Positions 7,053-16,219 of a stretch of 21,220 nucleotides of DNA are shown here, in pieces. Within the stretch, counting starts at the first letter, position 1. The number at the start of each line of letters is the position of its first letter. The translations under genes and the position numbers were made by a program. This DNA is from Candidatus Baldrarchaeum yapensis (GTDB lineage: Archaea; Asgardarchaeota; Baldrarchaeia; Baldrarchaeales; Baldrarchaeaceae): the NCBI GenBank assembly GCA_016840465.1, contig JAEOSH010000040.1:1-21220 (forward strand), read 5' to 3'. The notes below the pieces were generated by a model. That model had not been told where the DNA came from, searched no databases, and saw only the letters and a list, made by a program, of their open reading frames with translations.

Positions 7053-8429
7053 TCACACTATTTCGAGAAGTCCTAAATCTAGGATGTCAAATTGCTCATC
7101 AGAGTACACATTGTATATGGGAGTTTTCGGCTTTGTGCCGTACAGAAAAACATAGCCGTGCTTCCCAAATAACGTTATCACTCTATCGGCCATGTCCCTG
7201 AATATTTCGCGGGTCATGGAACTCTCATGAGAAAATGCTATTATGAGGTCACCGTGCCTTCTACCCTCAACTATTATTTGCGAGCCTATGAGCGGTCCTC
7301 CATCCTTTCCAAACGTACTCTCCAGCGCGTCCGTTGCAAATATTATTCCGATTCTTCTGTTATAACGCCTGAGGTTTGATGTTATGTTAAGAAACTCCTG
7401 TATGAACTTGTTGCGATCAAATGTGCGCGGTACGAGGAGTTTTATTCTATCAAGCGCATTCTTCCCGAGATAGGTCACTATCATGTTGACTATGACCTCC
7501 TCGCTTCCATATCTAGCGGGTATGAGCAGTACAGGGACATTTTTTGCCAGTAGTCCCAGAACCTGCAAGCTGATAAGCCCCATTAGGACACCCGCAGGTA
7601 CATACCTCAACACCTCATAAAATACGAAGTTGCTACTGTAGAACTTCCCGATTGCGCCGTCCAACGACATTGAGCCTGTACTGAAAGTTCGATCGTTTCG
7701 CTGAGTGGATGAGAGCATCCTCATCGTCCTATTTATCTTGCTCATGATAGTTTCGGGACTTGGAAATTTAAACCGTTTCGGGAGTGTGAACCTTCCATCC
7801 TTCAGACTAAATGGAATCACGGGATTCCTTATCTTAACCGCCCTAAGTTTTTCTATGTACATCTCCCTATAGAGACGGCCGTCTATCAACTCATAGTCCA
7901 GCCTGACAACCCCATCGGTGAGATAGTCCAGTTTTGTCACCGTCTCATGCTCCGTCACGATTATCGATTTTATCCCCATTTTCCTGACGAAGTCCGAGAA
8001 AGTGTGCATGAACTTCTGCATAGGATAATCGAGAACCTCGCACACGGCATCGAGGGAGTCCACGACGACCACTATGTTTCTCTCGGACCCCAGCTTGCTA
8101 ACGTGGTCATAGAGTCCACGAAGAAAATCTGGAATGCTGGCGTAATTCAGTATCTCGTGGAGACCAGCCGTGTGGGGAATGGGAGTGCGGACTGCATCTA
8201 TTATGTTCTGATGGGGTAGGTACTCCTTAACATGTGGATATTGCTTCAGGAGGGCATCGGGATCGACTCGGGTGGAGAAGTAAAAACCACATCCCTCATC
8301 CGCAAACTCCTTCAGACATTCGAGAGAGAATATGGTCTTGCCTGTACCTGGCTTCCCTTTCACCAAGAGAGCATAATTTCCGGGTGTTGTGAAGAATTCG
8401 ACGATCTCATCAGGCACGCCTCTCTCCAT
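7053..8429 (-). CDS. GvpD-like / RAD55-KaiC family ATPase with a degenerate second RecA-like domain
   Basis: Walker A GKPGTGKT, FSTRV, Walker B VVVDS, DYLTDGVVRL and KLRAV. The second domain starts FSTGSMSLDGAIG and has no recognisable Walker A. Confidence 0.85.
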   Translation of the reverse strand: MERGVPDEIVEFFTTPGNYALLVKGKPGTGKTIFSLECLKEFADEGCGFYFSTRVDPDALLKQYPHVKEYLPHQNIIDAVRTPIPHTAGLHEILNYASIPDFLRGLYDHVSKLGSERNIVVVVDSLDAVCEVLDYPMQKFMHTFSDFVRKMGIKSIIVTEHETVTKLDYLTDGVVRLDYELIDGRLYREMYIEKLRAVKIRNPVIPFSLKDGRFTLPKRFKFPSPETIMSKINRTMRMLSSTQRNDRTFSTGSMSLDGAIGKFYSSNFVFYEVLRYVPAGVLMGLISLQVLGLLAKNVPVLLIPARYGSEEVIVNMIVTYLGKNALDRIKLLVPRTFDRNKFIQEFLNITSNLRRYNRRIGIIFATDALESTFGKDGGPLIGSQIIVEGRRHGDLIIAFSHESSMTREIFRDMADRVITLFGKHGYVFLYGTKPKTPIYNVYSDEQFDILDLGLLEIV

Positions 8430-8809
8430 AGGATATGCCTCGCATAGTTGTTATATTTACTACTTCTTAAGGTAGTATTTTCCATAAAATATATAGGTAA
8501 TGTTAACTGCAAAATAGGGCAGTAGTAAGTATCACTCGAGTTTTAAGGCTCTGGTTATTGCGGTCGGCAACGTACGCCCAGATGATTAGTCATAAGTTCC
8601 GAAGGAAGAGCCCATTCTTCGGGGTGGTATGGAATGAAGATATGTGTCAGCAAGGGAGTATATGTGCAGCCTGCGATGAAAATTGTCGCAGGGTGTAGGC
8701 ATGCTGTTGGAAGACAATATTTTTATCTTCGAGTTCCATAACATTGATGACCGTCGACGCCTATGTAAACACGTAACTCCTCCTCCTAGAACTTCGTTAG
8801 GGGAGCGAC

Positions 8810-11800
8810 ATGTCCTCACGATCGAGCGATTCGAACTCTGGGTCGGAAAATTCCAACCCAAATTGGTCATGGAAGTTGGAGATAACGCGGGACAGTTCTA
8901 GGGGCAGTCTCCTGCTTGTGGAGAGAATTCCACTACACGTGGTCGACAGGGAGTGCAGAGATGCACTTGCTGACACATTAAGAAAGTGGAAAGGACTACA
9001 AGTGAGAGGAGTTGCTGTCTTGACGGATTATAAAATTTCAAACGATGCAGTGGTGATACGGGCAACAGCGCCTGCAGGAAGACTCTTATCGGAGATAATA
9101 AAGTCAAAGGGGCTGGGAATCCTAGATTCCATAAGAATAGCTTCTGCGATTGGAAACATCCTCAGCAATGCTGCAAGATCCCGGGTTCATCATGGGGACC
9201 TCCGGCCAGAGAACATTGTGGTGGGGGATGACGGCTCTGTTACTTTAATAAACTGGGGAGTGAAGGCATCACTGTTAAAGTGTCTGCTGAAGCACAGTTG
9301 CGGTTTGAACTCACGCATGTTTGCGTATCTCGCTCCAGAGCAAATTTTGGACAACACAAGAGGTGAAGTCGACGAAAAGGTGGATGTTTTCCAGCTTGCA
9401 TGCCTTCTATATGAGATGATTACCGGGATGCCTCCGTTTCTCAGAGATAGCATCAAAGATACCATCGAGTTCGTCAAAAACGCGAAGTACACTCCGATCG
9501 AGAGCAGAAGTCTGGGAGTTCCGCCGATGCTGTCCATATTAATAAGATCTGCCTTAAAGAGAAACCCGGACGAGAGGATTCCGATAAGTGAGTTCGTTAG
9601 GAGGTTAGAGAGACTATGCGTCAAGCTGGAGGCTGTGGAGAAGAGAAGCAGTGAGTTCGAGGAGATCTACCAGAAAATACTGATGGGATTCTATACGGAG
9701 GCCAAGAAGTCACTTGCACTGCAGTACCAAGAGAACCTTAAGGGAGAGGAGGTCGTGCCCATACTCCTGCTGATGGGAATCGTGGAGTCCCTCAGAGGTG
9801 CACACGGGAGCGCCCAGCGGTATTTCAGGGAGGCTATGTCAGAGGATGCAGATGCATTCTTCTATTTGCTTAACAGGTTTCTCGTCAAAAACAGAGACGT
9901 ACTCATGAATCTCGCACTCTCGATGGTCAAGAAGCGGAGGTTTGGTCCCGCGCTCATCTGCTTTGAGGAGGTTTTGAGGGAGAACCCCAGTGATGCGACC
10001 GCTCTCCGGTACACCGCCAACATCTATAAGGAAATGGGGAGGATAAGCGATGCGATCAAGACTCTGGAAAAGCTCACTTCGGAGCGCCCCCGCTACGCGA
10101 TAGCATTTGTTGACCTCGGGGACCTTTATCTCAAAGTTGGAAAAGTAGAGAAGGCGAAAGAGGTCTTAAAGAAGGCGATTGAGGTAGACGAGGAGTTAGA
10201 GCGTGGCTGGGAGATTTTGGGCAAGGTCTACATGGAGGAGAAAAACTACAAGGAGGCAATGGAGTGCTTTCGGAGGGCGCTTGCGATAGACCCGAACATG
10301 GCAGAGTGCTGGAGGGATCTAGGGCTTGCTCACTACTACTTAGGGGATTTCAGGGGCGCAATAGAGTGCTTCCAGAAGGCCGTGGAGGTAGATGAGAGTT
10401 ACGTTTCCGCGTGGGTGAGCCTTGGTCGGACGTACTTGGAGATAAGGAGGTACAGGGACGCGGTGGAGAGTCTGGAGAGAGCAGTAATGCTGGGTGCGGA
10501 CTCCTTCTTCGTGTGGCAGATGCTGGGGATTGCGTACTACTATCTTAGAAAGTACGAAAAGGCGATACAATCGTTTGAGGAGGCGCTCAAGAAGAAGGAG
10601 AGTGCTGATGTGTACATAAGTATGGCAAGGACGTACAAGGCAATGAAGAGATTTAAGGAGGCACTCAACTGCATAAGCAGAGCGCTCACGCTATCCCCAA
10701 ACAACGTAGTGGCCCTAAAGGTCAAGGGGGAGTTGATGCACCAGCTTAAGCGGCATGATGAGGCAATAAAGTTGCTTAAGAGGGCCGTGGAAATCTCCCC
10801 CACGTTTGAAGAGGGATGGCAAGCCCTTGCTCGTGTATATCTCGATCTTAACCGCTACAATGAGGCAAAGACATGCCTTAACACTATTAGGAAGTTAAAT
10901 CCTCAAAGCGTTGCTCCCGCAATAGAGACGGCACGCGCATTCTATGCTAAAGGCAAGTATGATGAGGCGCTCAAGATACTGGAGGAGATAACCAAGCAGA
11001 CTCCAGAGAACTCCGAAGTGTACAGATTGATGGGGCTGATATATTACAGGTTGCATGATTACACTAAGGCAATGGCTGCCCTGAAGAAGGCCATCAGTTT
11101 ACGCCCTGGAGATGCAAAACTTCTCTACAGCTTAGCATTAACGTACTTCTCAGCCGGGTGGTATGAGGAAGCCCTGAAAACTGTAGACAAAGCAATTGAG
11201 AGCGTGCCGAACAGAGTGAACTTCTGGCTCCTCAGGGGCATAATTCTGAAAAAGCTAGGTAAGATAGATGAGGCAATTGAGAGTCTCAACAGGGCCATTG
11301 TTGCCCACAGGCGGCATAAGAGCGTGCTTTATAATCTAGGCACTCTGTATCTCGAGGCCGGGCGTTACCATGAAGCGGTGAAGGTTTTGGAGAAGTTGTT
11401 CTCGATAGACCCCAACTTCTCTCCAGATCTTTACACCAACCTAGCGATAGCATACGAGAAAGTGAAGAATTACGAGAAAGCCAGTCAGATGTACAGGAAG
11501 TACCTCAGCATGCACCCGGAGGACACAGACATGACGATGAGGTACGTCAATCTGCTGATGGACATCAAGCAGTACGAGGAGGCACTGAAGTATCTGTGGA
11601 GGATCTGCAAGAGGGATGTGAATAACCCCGAGGTGTGGCTCAAGATCGCTAGATGTTACCGCATGCTGGGCGAGTGGGATATCGCCCGGAAATATTACGA
11701 GAAGGTACTGGAGCTCTCCCCTGACAGATACACCGCGCTGTTTGAGCTAGGAATGGTGCTCGAGCAGATGGGCGAGAAGAACGATGCGCTGAAGTGCTAC

Positions 11801-11911
11801 CAAAAAGTTCTCGATATGGCTCCGGAGGACAGAAGGGAGTTCAGAGAGCAGGTCATGGAGAGAATAAGGAAGTTACATGGCACAGGGGGAGACTTCAAGC
11901 ACGACGACTAA
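8810..11911 (+). CDS. Ser/Thr kinase-like (probable pseudokinase) domain fused to ~19-20 TPR repeats
   Basis: HGDLRPEN, INWG (DFG position), YLAPEQ and DVFQLACLLYEMITGMPPF, then about 650 aa of 34-residue TPR units (W/Y-x2-LG-x2-Y-x7-A-x3-F/Y-x2-A-x4-P). GGGGAG SD, with an in-frame stop just upstream of the start. Confidence 0.9.
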   Translation: MSSRSSDSNSGSENSNPNWSWKLEITRDSSRGSLLLVERIPLHVVDRECRDALADTLRKWKGLQVRGVAVLTDYKISNDAVVIRATAPAGRLLSEIIKSKGLGILDSIRIASAIGNILSNAARSRVHHGDLRPENIVVGDDGSVTLINWGVKASLLKCLLKHSCGLNSRMFAYLAPEQILDNTRGEVDEKVDVFQLACLLYEMITGMPPFLRDSIKDTIEFVKNAKYTPIESRSLGVPPMLSILIRSALKRNPDERIPISEFVRRLERLCVKLEAVEKRSSEFEEIYQKILMGFYTEAKKSLALQYQENLKGEEVVPILLLMGIVESLRGAHGSAQRYFREAMSEDADAFFYLLNRFLVKNRDVLMNLALSMVKKRRFGPALICFEEVLRENPSDATALRYTANIYKEMGRISDAIKTLEKLTSERPRYAIAFVDLGDLYLKVGKVEKAKEVLKKAIEVDEELERGWEILGKVYMEEKNYKEAMECFRRALAIDPNMAECWRDLGLAHYYLGDFRGAIECFQKAVEVDESYVSAWVSLGRTYLEIRRYRDAVESLERAVMLGADSFFVWQMLGIAYYYLRKYEKAIQSFEEALKKKESADVYISMARTYKAMKRFKEALNCISRALTLSPNNVVALKVKGELMHQLKRHDEAIKLLKRAVEISPTFEEGWQALARVYLDLNRYNEAKTCLNTIRKLNPQSVAPAIETARAFYAKGKYDEALKILEEITKQTPENSEVYRLMGLIYYRLHDYTKAMAALKKAISLRPGDAKLLYSLALTYFSAGWYEEALKTVDKAIESVPNRVNFWLLRGIILKKLGKIDEAIESLNRAIVAHRRHKSVLYNLGTLYLEAGRYHEAVKVLEKLFSIDPNFSPDLYTNLAIAYEKVKNYEKASQMYRKYLSMHPEDTDMTMRYVNLLMDIKQYEEALKYLWRICKRDVNNPEVWLKIARCYRMLGEWDIARKYYEKVLELSPDRYTALFELGMVLEQMGEKNDALKCYQKVLDMAPEDRREFREQVMERIRKLHGTGGDFKHDD

Positions 11912-12073
11912 GTGAACGGAACACCACCGAAAATCGACGTGAGAGGCGGGGCTCTGCAGGGGTAAAATACATCATTACGGTGAACCGCTCAGCAGGGGAC
12001 GCTCTTCACAGCCCCAAAATTTCATTCCACTTTCTCTTTTTGAAAATTTCTAATGTTATAGATCGCTCAGCGC

Positions 12074-12697
12074 TCATATTATCTTTCTGCGGATATGTGC
12101 CAGCCTGAGTGCGAGCAGTGCGTCCGTCACGTCCCTCCATAGGTTTATTGCTCGTTCCTTGTCATCACCCCCCCTCTCAGCCAGGTACTGTAATGCGACA
12201 CTGAGCATCGCCAAATAGTCCGTGAACTCGTATGGCATGTTCTTCAGCGTTCCCATGAGGTCCCGACTTCTGACCTCGTTTACTATCTCACGCGCGGGTT
12301 CTTCCAGATCCTCGTACTTGAACGTGCCAGACGCGACCTTCTCCCTGACATCGCCCCTGAAGTTAATCCCCCTCACCCAGCAGAAAATATCAAACTTGAG
12401 GTTGTACAGCCTAGCTTGTAGCAGTAATCTCTCGGCGAGGGGGGCGTCCTCCTTAAGCCACCCCTTATCTATGGACTCTATCACCCCATCTAATATCTCG
12501 TGAATTCCGTGCATTATTTTTTCCGCGCTCTCCCTTACCTCCTCGGTCACCGGAACCCTCTCTCGAAGTTCATTTATCGCCTCCCTCAGTTCCTCGTATA
12601 GCCTTTCGATTTCCCGAAGCGTGAATACCTCGAATTTTGCCTTTTTCATCTCACGCAAAATGGAAGTAATTCGGTTCTGCAACGCGTCCACGCTCAT
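12074..12697 (-). CDS. Hypothetical all-alpha protein
   Basis: Long ORF rich in E/R/L with amphipathic helices. The start is either ATG 12697 or GTG 12712. Confidence 0.72.
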   Translation of the reverse strand: MSVDALQNRITSILREMKKAKFEVFTLREIERLYEELREAINELRERVPVTEEVRESAEKIMHGIHEILDGVIESIDKGWLKEDAPLAERLLLQARLYNLKFDIFCWVRGINFRGDVREKVASGTFKYEDLEEPAREIVNEVRSRDLMGTLKNMPYEFTDYLAMLSVALQYLAERGGDDKERAINLWRDVTDALLALRLAHIRRKII

Positions 12698-12774
12698 AGC
12701 GCATCCCTTCACCTGTTAAGCGTCAACTACCGGACACGCGGATAAACATTTCGAATGCCGTATATACGGTTGCG

Positions 12775-13245
12775 TCATTTCCGCTTGCGCTGGGTTTCTT
12801 TAAGCCTGCGTAGGCTGAGCCAGCCTATTTTCGTTCTTTGAAGTTCCCATTCCTTTACGACCTCCTCGTAGACCCGACGTGCTCGCTCGTAGAAGCCCTC
12901 GTCCAGGATTATCAATCCGTGGTGCATGGCTTCGAGCGCGCTAAGATCCAAGTTTCGTAACGCTTCTAGGAACTCTTCTTCCCCGTACACTCTAGGTTCA
13001 ACGGTGAGGCATCCATCCACTCTGAAGTCGTGCCACCTCGCCCTGCTATCCTTCGGAAGATTTTCAACGACAACCACGAGATCTACATCACTCCACGGTT
13101 TGGCACGACCTTCAACCCGCGGACCTATGGCGATGACCATCTTGAGCCTGTAGCGCTTGGAGACCTCACTTATCCACCGCCTTACTATTTCCCCTACGTC
13201 CTCACCCCTCCAGGTTTTCCCGAGATTTAGATCACACCTTGCCAT
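12775..13245 (-). CDS. Minimal nucleotidyltransferase (MNT) of a HEPN-MNT pair
   Basis: AIGPRVEGRAKPWSDVDLVVV corresponds to the G-S-x-A-R-G...S-D-x-D motif. It overlaps the 3' end of the HEPN pseudogene by 14 nt. Confidence 0.85.
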   Translation of the reverse strand: MARCDLNLGKTWRGEDVGEIVRRWISEVSKRYRLKMVIAIGPRVEGRAKPWSDVDLVVVVENLPKDSRARWHDFRVDGCLTVEPRVYGEEEFLEALRNLDLSALEAMHHGLIILDEGFYERARRVYEEVVKEWELQRTKIGWLSLRRLKETQRKRK

Positions 13246-13644
13246 GTATCTCCATCTCCACCGAGATCAGTATTTGGTAGGCTAGATTTAGGAATTTTAG
13301 GGCAACGGATCTCGTATAGTAGTCCTTAGGAATGTTAAGACGACGACGGGCGTCTGGATACCTCGTGGCAAGGTATTGTTTTGTCAAATCGTCCAGATCA
13401 TTGAAATTTACCTCAGATCAAAGATAATTTTTAGGCCTCCTCGGCTAGTAGCCTCAGATCGTGTGTCCTGAGAACGCTGTGACCCTTGTACGCAAGAAAC
13501 GCCTTCAGCGCAGTCTCCGTAGTTTGATGAGAGTAAAATACCGCCTGCATGTAATCTTCTGCTGATCGCTTTACATGCACGCTCGAAGTTGCTTCATGCC
13601 GTTTCGAGCCACTCATTGCTCAGATTCGAGAAAGGGTCCTCCAT
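13232..13644 (-). pseudogene. HEPN-domain gene (COG2250-type, THDL/RYP) disrupted by two nonsense codons and two frameshifts
   Basis: Reconstruction: MEDPFSNLSNEWLETA*SNFERACKAIS / EDYMQAVFYSHQTTETALKAFLAYKGHSVLRTHDLRLLAEEA*KLSLI / EVNFNDLDDLTKQYLATRYPDARRRLNIPKDYYTRSVALKFLNLAYQILISVEMEIHGKV*. Length 413 nt minus 2 extra bases gives exactly 137 codons. Confidence 0.85.
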
Positions 13645-13707
13645 CGGAATCACACATTCGTGTATGGTGTATAAGCAGAGCGATGGATAAACCATGCGAT
13701 GGACGCA

Positions 13708-14676
13708 TTACAGATGGATGAGACCCTCGCGCTTACACCACTCTATCACCTTAACGAAGCCCTCATCTGTCGAGTATTTCGGCTCGTAGCCGAAGCTTTT
13801 GGCCTTTGATATGTCGTAGTGCCTGTACGCAAGCATCACCTTCAGGAAGTCTAGCGTTATCTTGGGCTCTTGTCCCCTTATTTTCGCCGATACCTGGGAT
13901 AACCACACTACAAGTTTCGCCAGCCACACCGGAATTCTCTTTATCTTCCTCTCTATCCCTAGCGTGTCAAGTATCAGTTTGTAGAGGTGGAGGAGTGTGA
14001 TGGGCTCCTCGTCCGCAACTATGAACACCTGGCTGTTTGCATCCTCGTGGAAGGGTATCGTGAGGAGGGCATCAGTCAGGTTCTCAACGTAAACCAGGTG
14101 GGTGGGTGTGGTTCCAGGGCCTATCATGGGGAGTTTCCCTGATGCTATCATCGGGATTATCACCCTCCACTGGGGGCCTCCCTCTCCGTAGGCCGGGGCG
14201 CCCCTTATTATGGTCGCCCATAATCCCCGCTCACATGCCTCGAGGACCACCTTTTCCGCCGCGAGTTTGGACTTTCCGTATGCAGAGAAGGGCTTGCACG
14301 GTGTTTCCTCATTTGTAATTCCCTTATGTTCGCCTATTGCCGCAACCGAACTCATGAACACCAATTTCGCGTCGTTTTTGAGGCATGCCTCAGCAACGTT
14401 TTTCGTTCCTCCGACGTTCACCTCGAATAGCAGCTTCTTTGAGGCGGAGTAACTCACAAGCGCCGCGAGGTGATACACAATCTCCGGTTTGTATATCTCG
14501 ATCACTTCATTTACCCTTGCCCCATCCCTGATGTCCCCGGTGAAGAACGTGACGCCTGGGATGTCAGCGGGGTTTCTTGCGAACACTGCAACCTCATGAC
14601 CCCTTTCGAGCAGTTTCCTTACCAGGTGCCTCCCTATGAAGCCTGTGCCTCCCGTTACTAGGACGCGCAACTCCAT
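13708..14676 (-). CDS. NAD-dependent epimerase/dehydratase (extended SDR, 3-beta-HSD-like)
   Basis: VLVTGGTGFIG, HLAA, NVGGT, SSVAA and YGKSK (YxxxK). The likely start is ATG 14676, not the track's 14739. Confidence 0.92.
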   Translation of the reverse strand: MELRVLVTGGTGFIGRHLVRKLLERGHEVAVFARNPADIPGVTFFTGDIRDGARVNEVIEIYKPEIVYHLAALVSYSASKKLLFEVNVGGTKNVAEACLKNDAKLVFMSSVAAIGEHKGITNEETPCKPFSAYGKSKLAAEKVVLEACERGLWATIIRGAPAYGEGGPQWRVIIPMIASGKLPMIGPGTTPTHLVYVENLTDALLTIPFHEDANSQVFIVADEEPITLLHLYKLILDTLGIERKIKRIPVWLAKLVVWLSQVSAKIRGQEPKITLDFLKVMLAYRHYDISKAKSFGYEPKYSTDEGFVKVIEWCKREGLIHL

Positions 14677-14927
14677 CACGCACGCGAAAATTGTGAGAAT
14701 AGTTATGCTGAGGCGCAATTTAGCTTTATGGGGTTCCACGGGTTAGTGGTGCCGCGACCGCCCATCCGTTGAAAGTGCGATACGCGACTGCCGAGTTACG
14801 ATAGTAACTTTCCAGTCCCCAAAATGTCACCTCGTTAAGCTTTTAAGGATTGGCACGGAGTAAGTAGGCGGTGCTTGGAGTACACACCATAAGGGGGTTA
14901 TAACAATCGGATGTAGTTCTCTCTCCT

Positions 14928-16193
14928 GTAGATAGCGCGGAAGCGATACGGCGAGTTTTCGACATTGTTAGCGCGCAGAACGAGTGGCGCGGGAGGTCCT
15001 GCATAAATCTCGTTGCTTCTGAAAATGTCATGTCGCCGCTCGCAGAGTACTTCTATGTTTCTGATTTTATGGGGCGATACAACGAGCACGACAGAAGATC
15101 CCATTATGCGGGCACAAAGTACGCCATGGAGATAGAAAACCTCTGCGTGAGCATAATAGGCGCGAGGTTCAATACGAGGTTCGTCGATGTCCGCCCAATA
15201 AGCGGCGCAATTGCAAATCTCTGCGCGTTCAGGGCATTATTAAAACCGGGAGATATTATAATTTCCGCTGGTATACGCGGTGGAGGGCACATGTCCGCGA
15301 CTAGATACGGCATTGCTGGCGTCATTGGCGTCAAGGAGATACCCATGGTTCTGATGGAGGATTCTCTCGAGTGCGACGTCGATGCAACGGTAAAGCTCAT
15401 AGAAAGGGTCCGACCAAAGGCCGTGATTTTGGGGAGATCCGTATTCTTGTTCCCGGAGCCCGTCAAGGAGTTAAGGGATCAGATCGACGATAGGATCAGA
15501 ATAGTATATGATGCCGCGCACGTTTTTGGGTTGATATGGGCAGGGGAGTTCCAGAATCCCCTCGAGGAAGGGGCGGACCTGATGACGGCATCCACCCATA
15601 AGACCTTCCCCGGGCCACAGGGTGGTGTCATAGTGGGTGCATCCGGCATCTCTGAGGATCTATGGGAGCGCGTTGAGCGGATGGTCTTCCCAGGGGTTAT
15701 AAGCAACCACCATTTGCACAGGCTTCCGTCTCTTGCGATAACTGCGATTGAGATGAACGTCTTTGGGAAAGCATATGCACGTCAGATACGTAAGAACGCA
15801 AAAGCCCTTGCAGAGAGCCTATATTCGTTGGGATTCAACGTCCTGTGCAAGGACAAGGGATTTACCGAAACTCACCAGGTGCTAGTTGATGTTAGGAAAA
15901 TCGGTGGTGGAAAGGTCGTTTCCGAGATCCTAGAACGCAACAACATAATCGTCACGAAAATAGCGCTACCATGGGACAGGGATGAGGACGCGACCAAAAA
16001 TCCGAGCGGCATAAGGCTCGGGGTGCAGGAAATGACAAGAATCGGCATGACAACAAGCGACATGGAGTATATAGCGGAATTGATGTACAGAGCAGTGATT
16101 AGGAAGGAAAACGTGGTAAATGAGGTGAAGGAGTTCCGTTCTGCATTTCAAGAAGTGAAATACGGCTTTTCCGTGGATAAGATACCGCTTTAG
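14928..16193 (+). CDS. glyA: Serine hydroxymethyltransferase-like fold-type I PLP enzyme (start codon unresolved)
   Basis: INLVASENVMSP, SGAIAN, YDAAHVFG, STHKTFPGPQGG (PLP Lys), SNHHLHR, THQVLVD and PSGIRLG motifs. Homology extends about 35 codons upstream of the track start at 15030; the 14928 start is inferred. Confidence 0.85.
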   Translation, partial: VDSAEAIRRVFDIVSAQNEWRGRSCINLVASENVMSPLAEYFYVSDFMGRYNEHDRRSHYAGTKYAMEIENLCVSIIGARFNTRFVDVRPISGAIANLCAFRALLKPGDIIISAGIRGGGHMSATRYGIAGVIGVKEIPMVLMEDSLECDVDATVKLIERVRPKAVILGRSVFLFPEPVKELRDQIDDRIRIVYDAAHVFGLIWAGEFQNPLEEGADLMTASTHKTFPGPQGGVIVGASGISEDLWERVERMVFPGVISNHHLHRLPSLAITAIEMNVFGKAYARQIRKNAKALAESLYSLGFNVLCKDKGFTETHQVLVDVRKIGGGKVVSEILERNNIIVTKIALPWDRDEDATKNPSGIRLGVQEMTRIGMTTSDMEYIAELMYRAVIRKENVVNEVKEFRSAFQEVKYGFSVDKIPL

Positions 16194-16219
16194 ATTTATT
16201 TCTCATTATCCATCTTCCA

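Noticed and set aside
8725-8790. Minus-strand peptide VYIGVDGH resembling an IS110 or BadF N-terminus
   Set aside because: No in-frame start, a stop after a few codons, and no further transposase motifs or terminal repeats.
12758-12769. Palindrome CCGTATATACGG; also AGTTAC-N4-GTAACT near 14794-14809
   Set aside because: Short palindromes are expected by chance, and neither has a second copy to support an operator.
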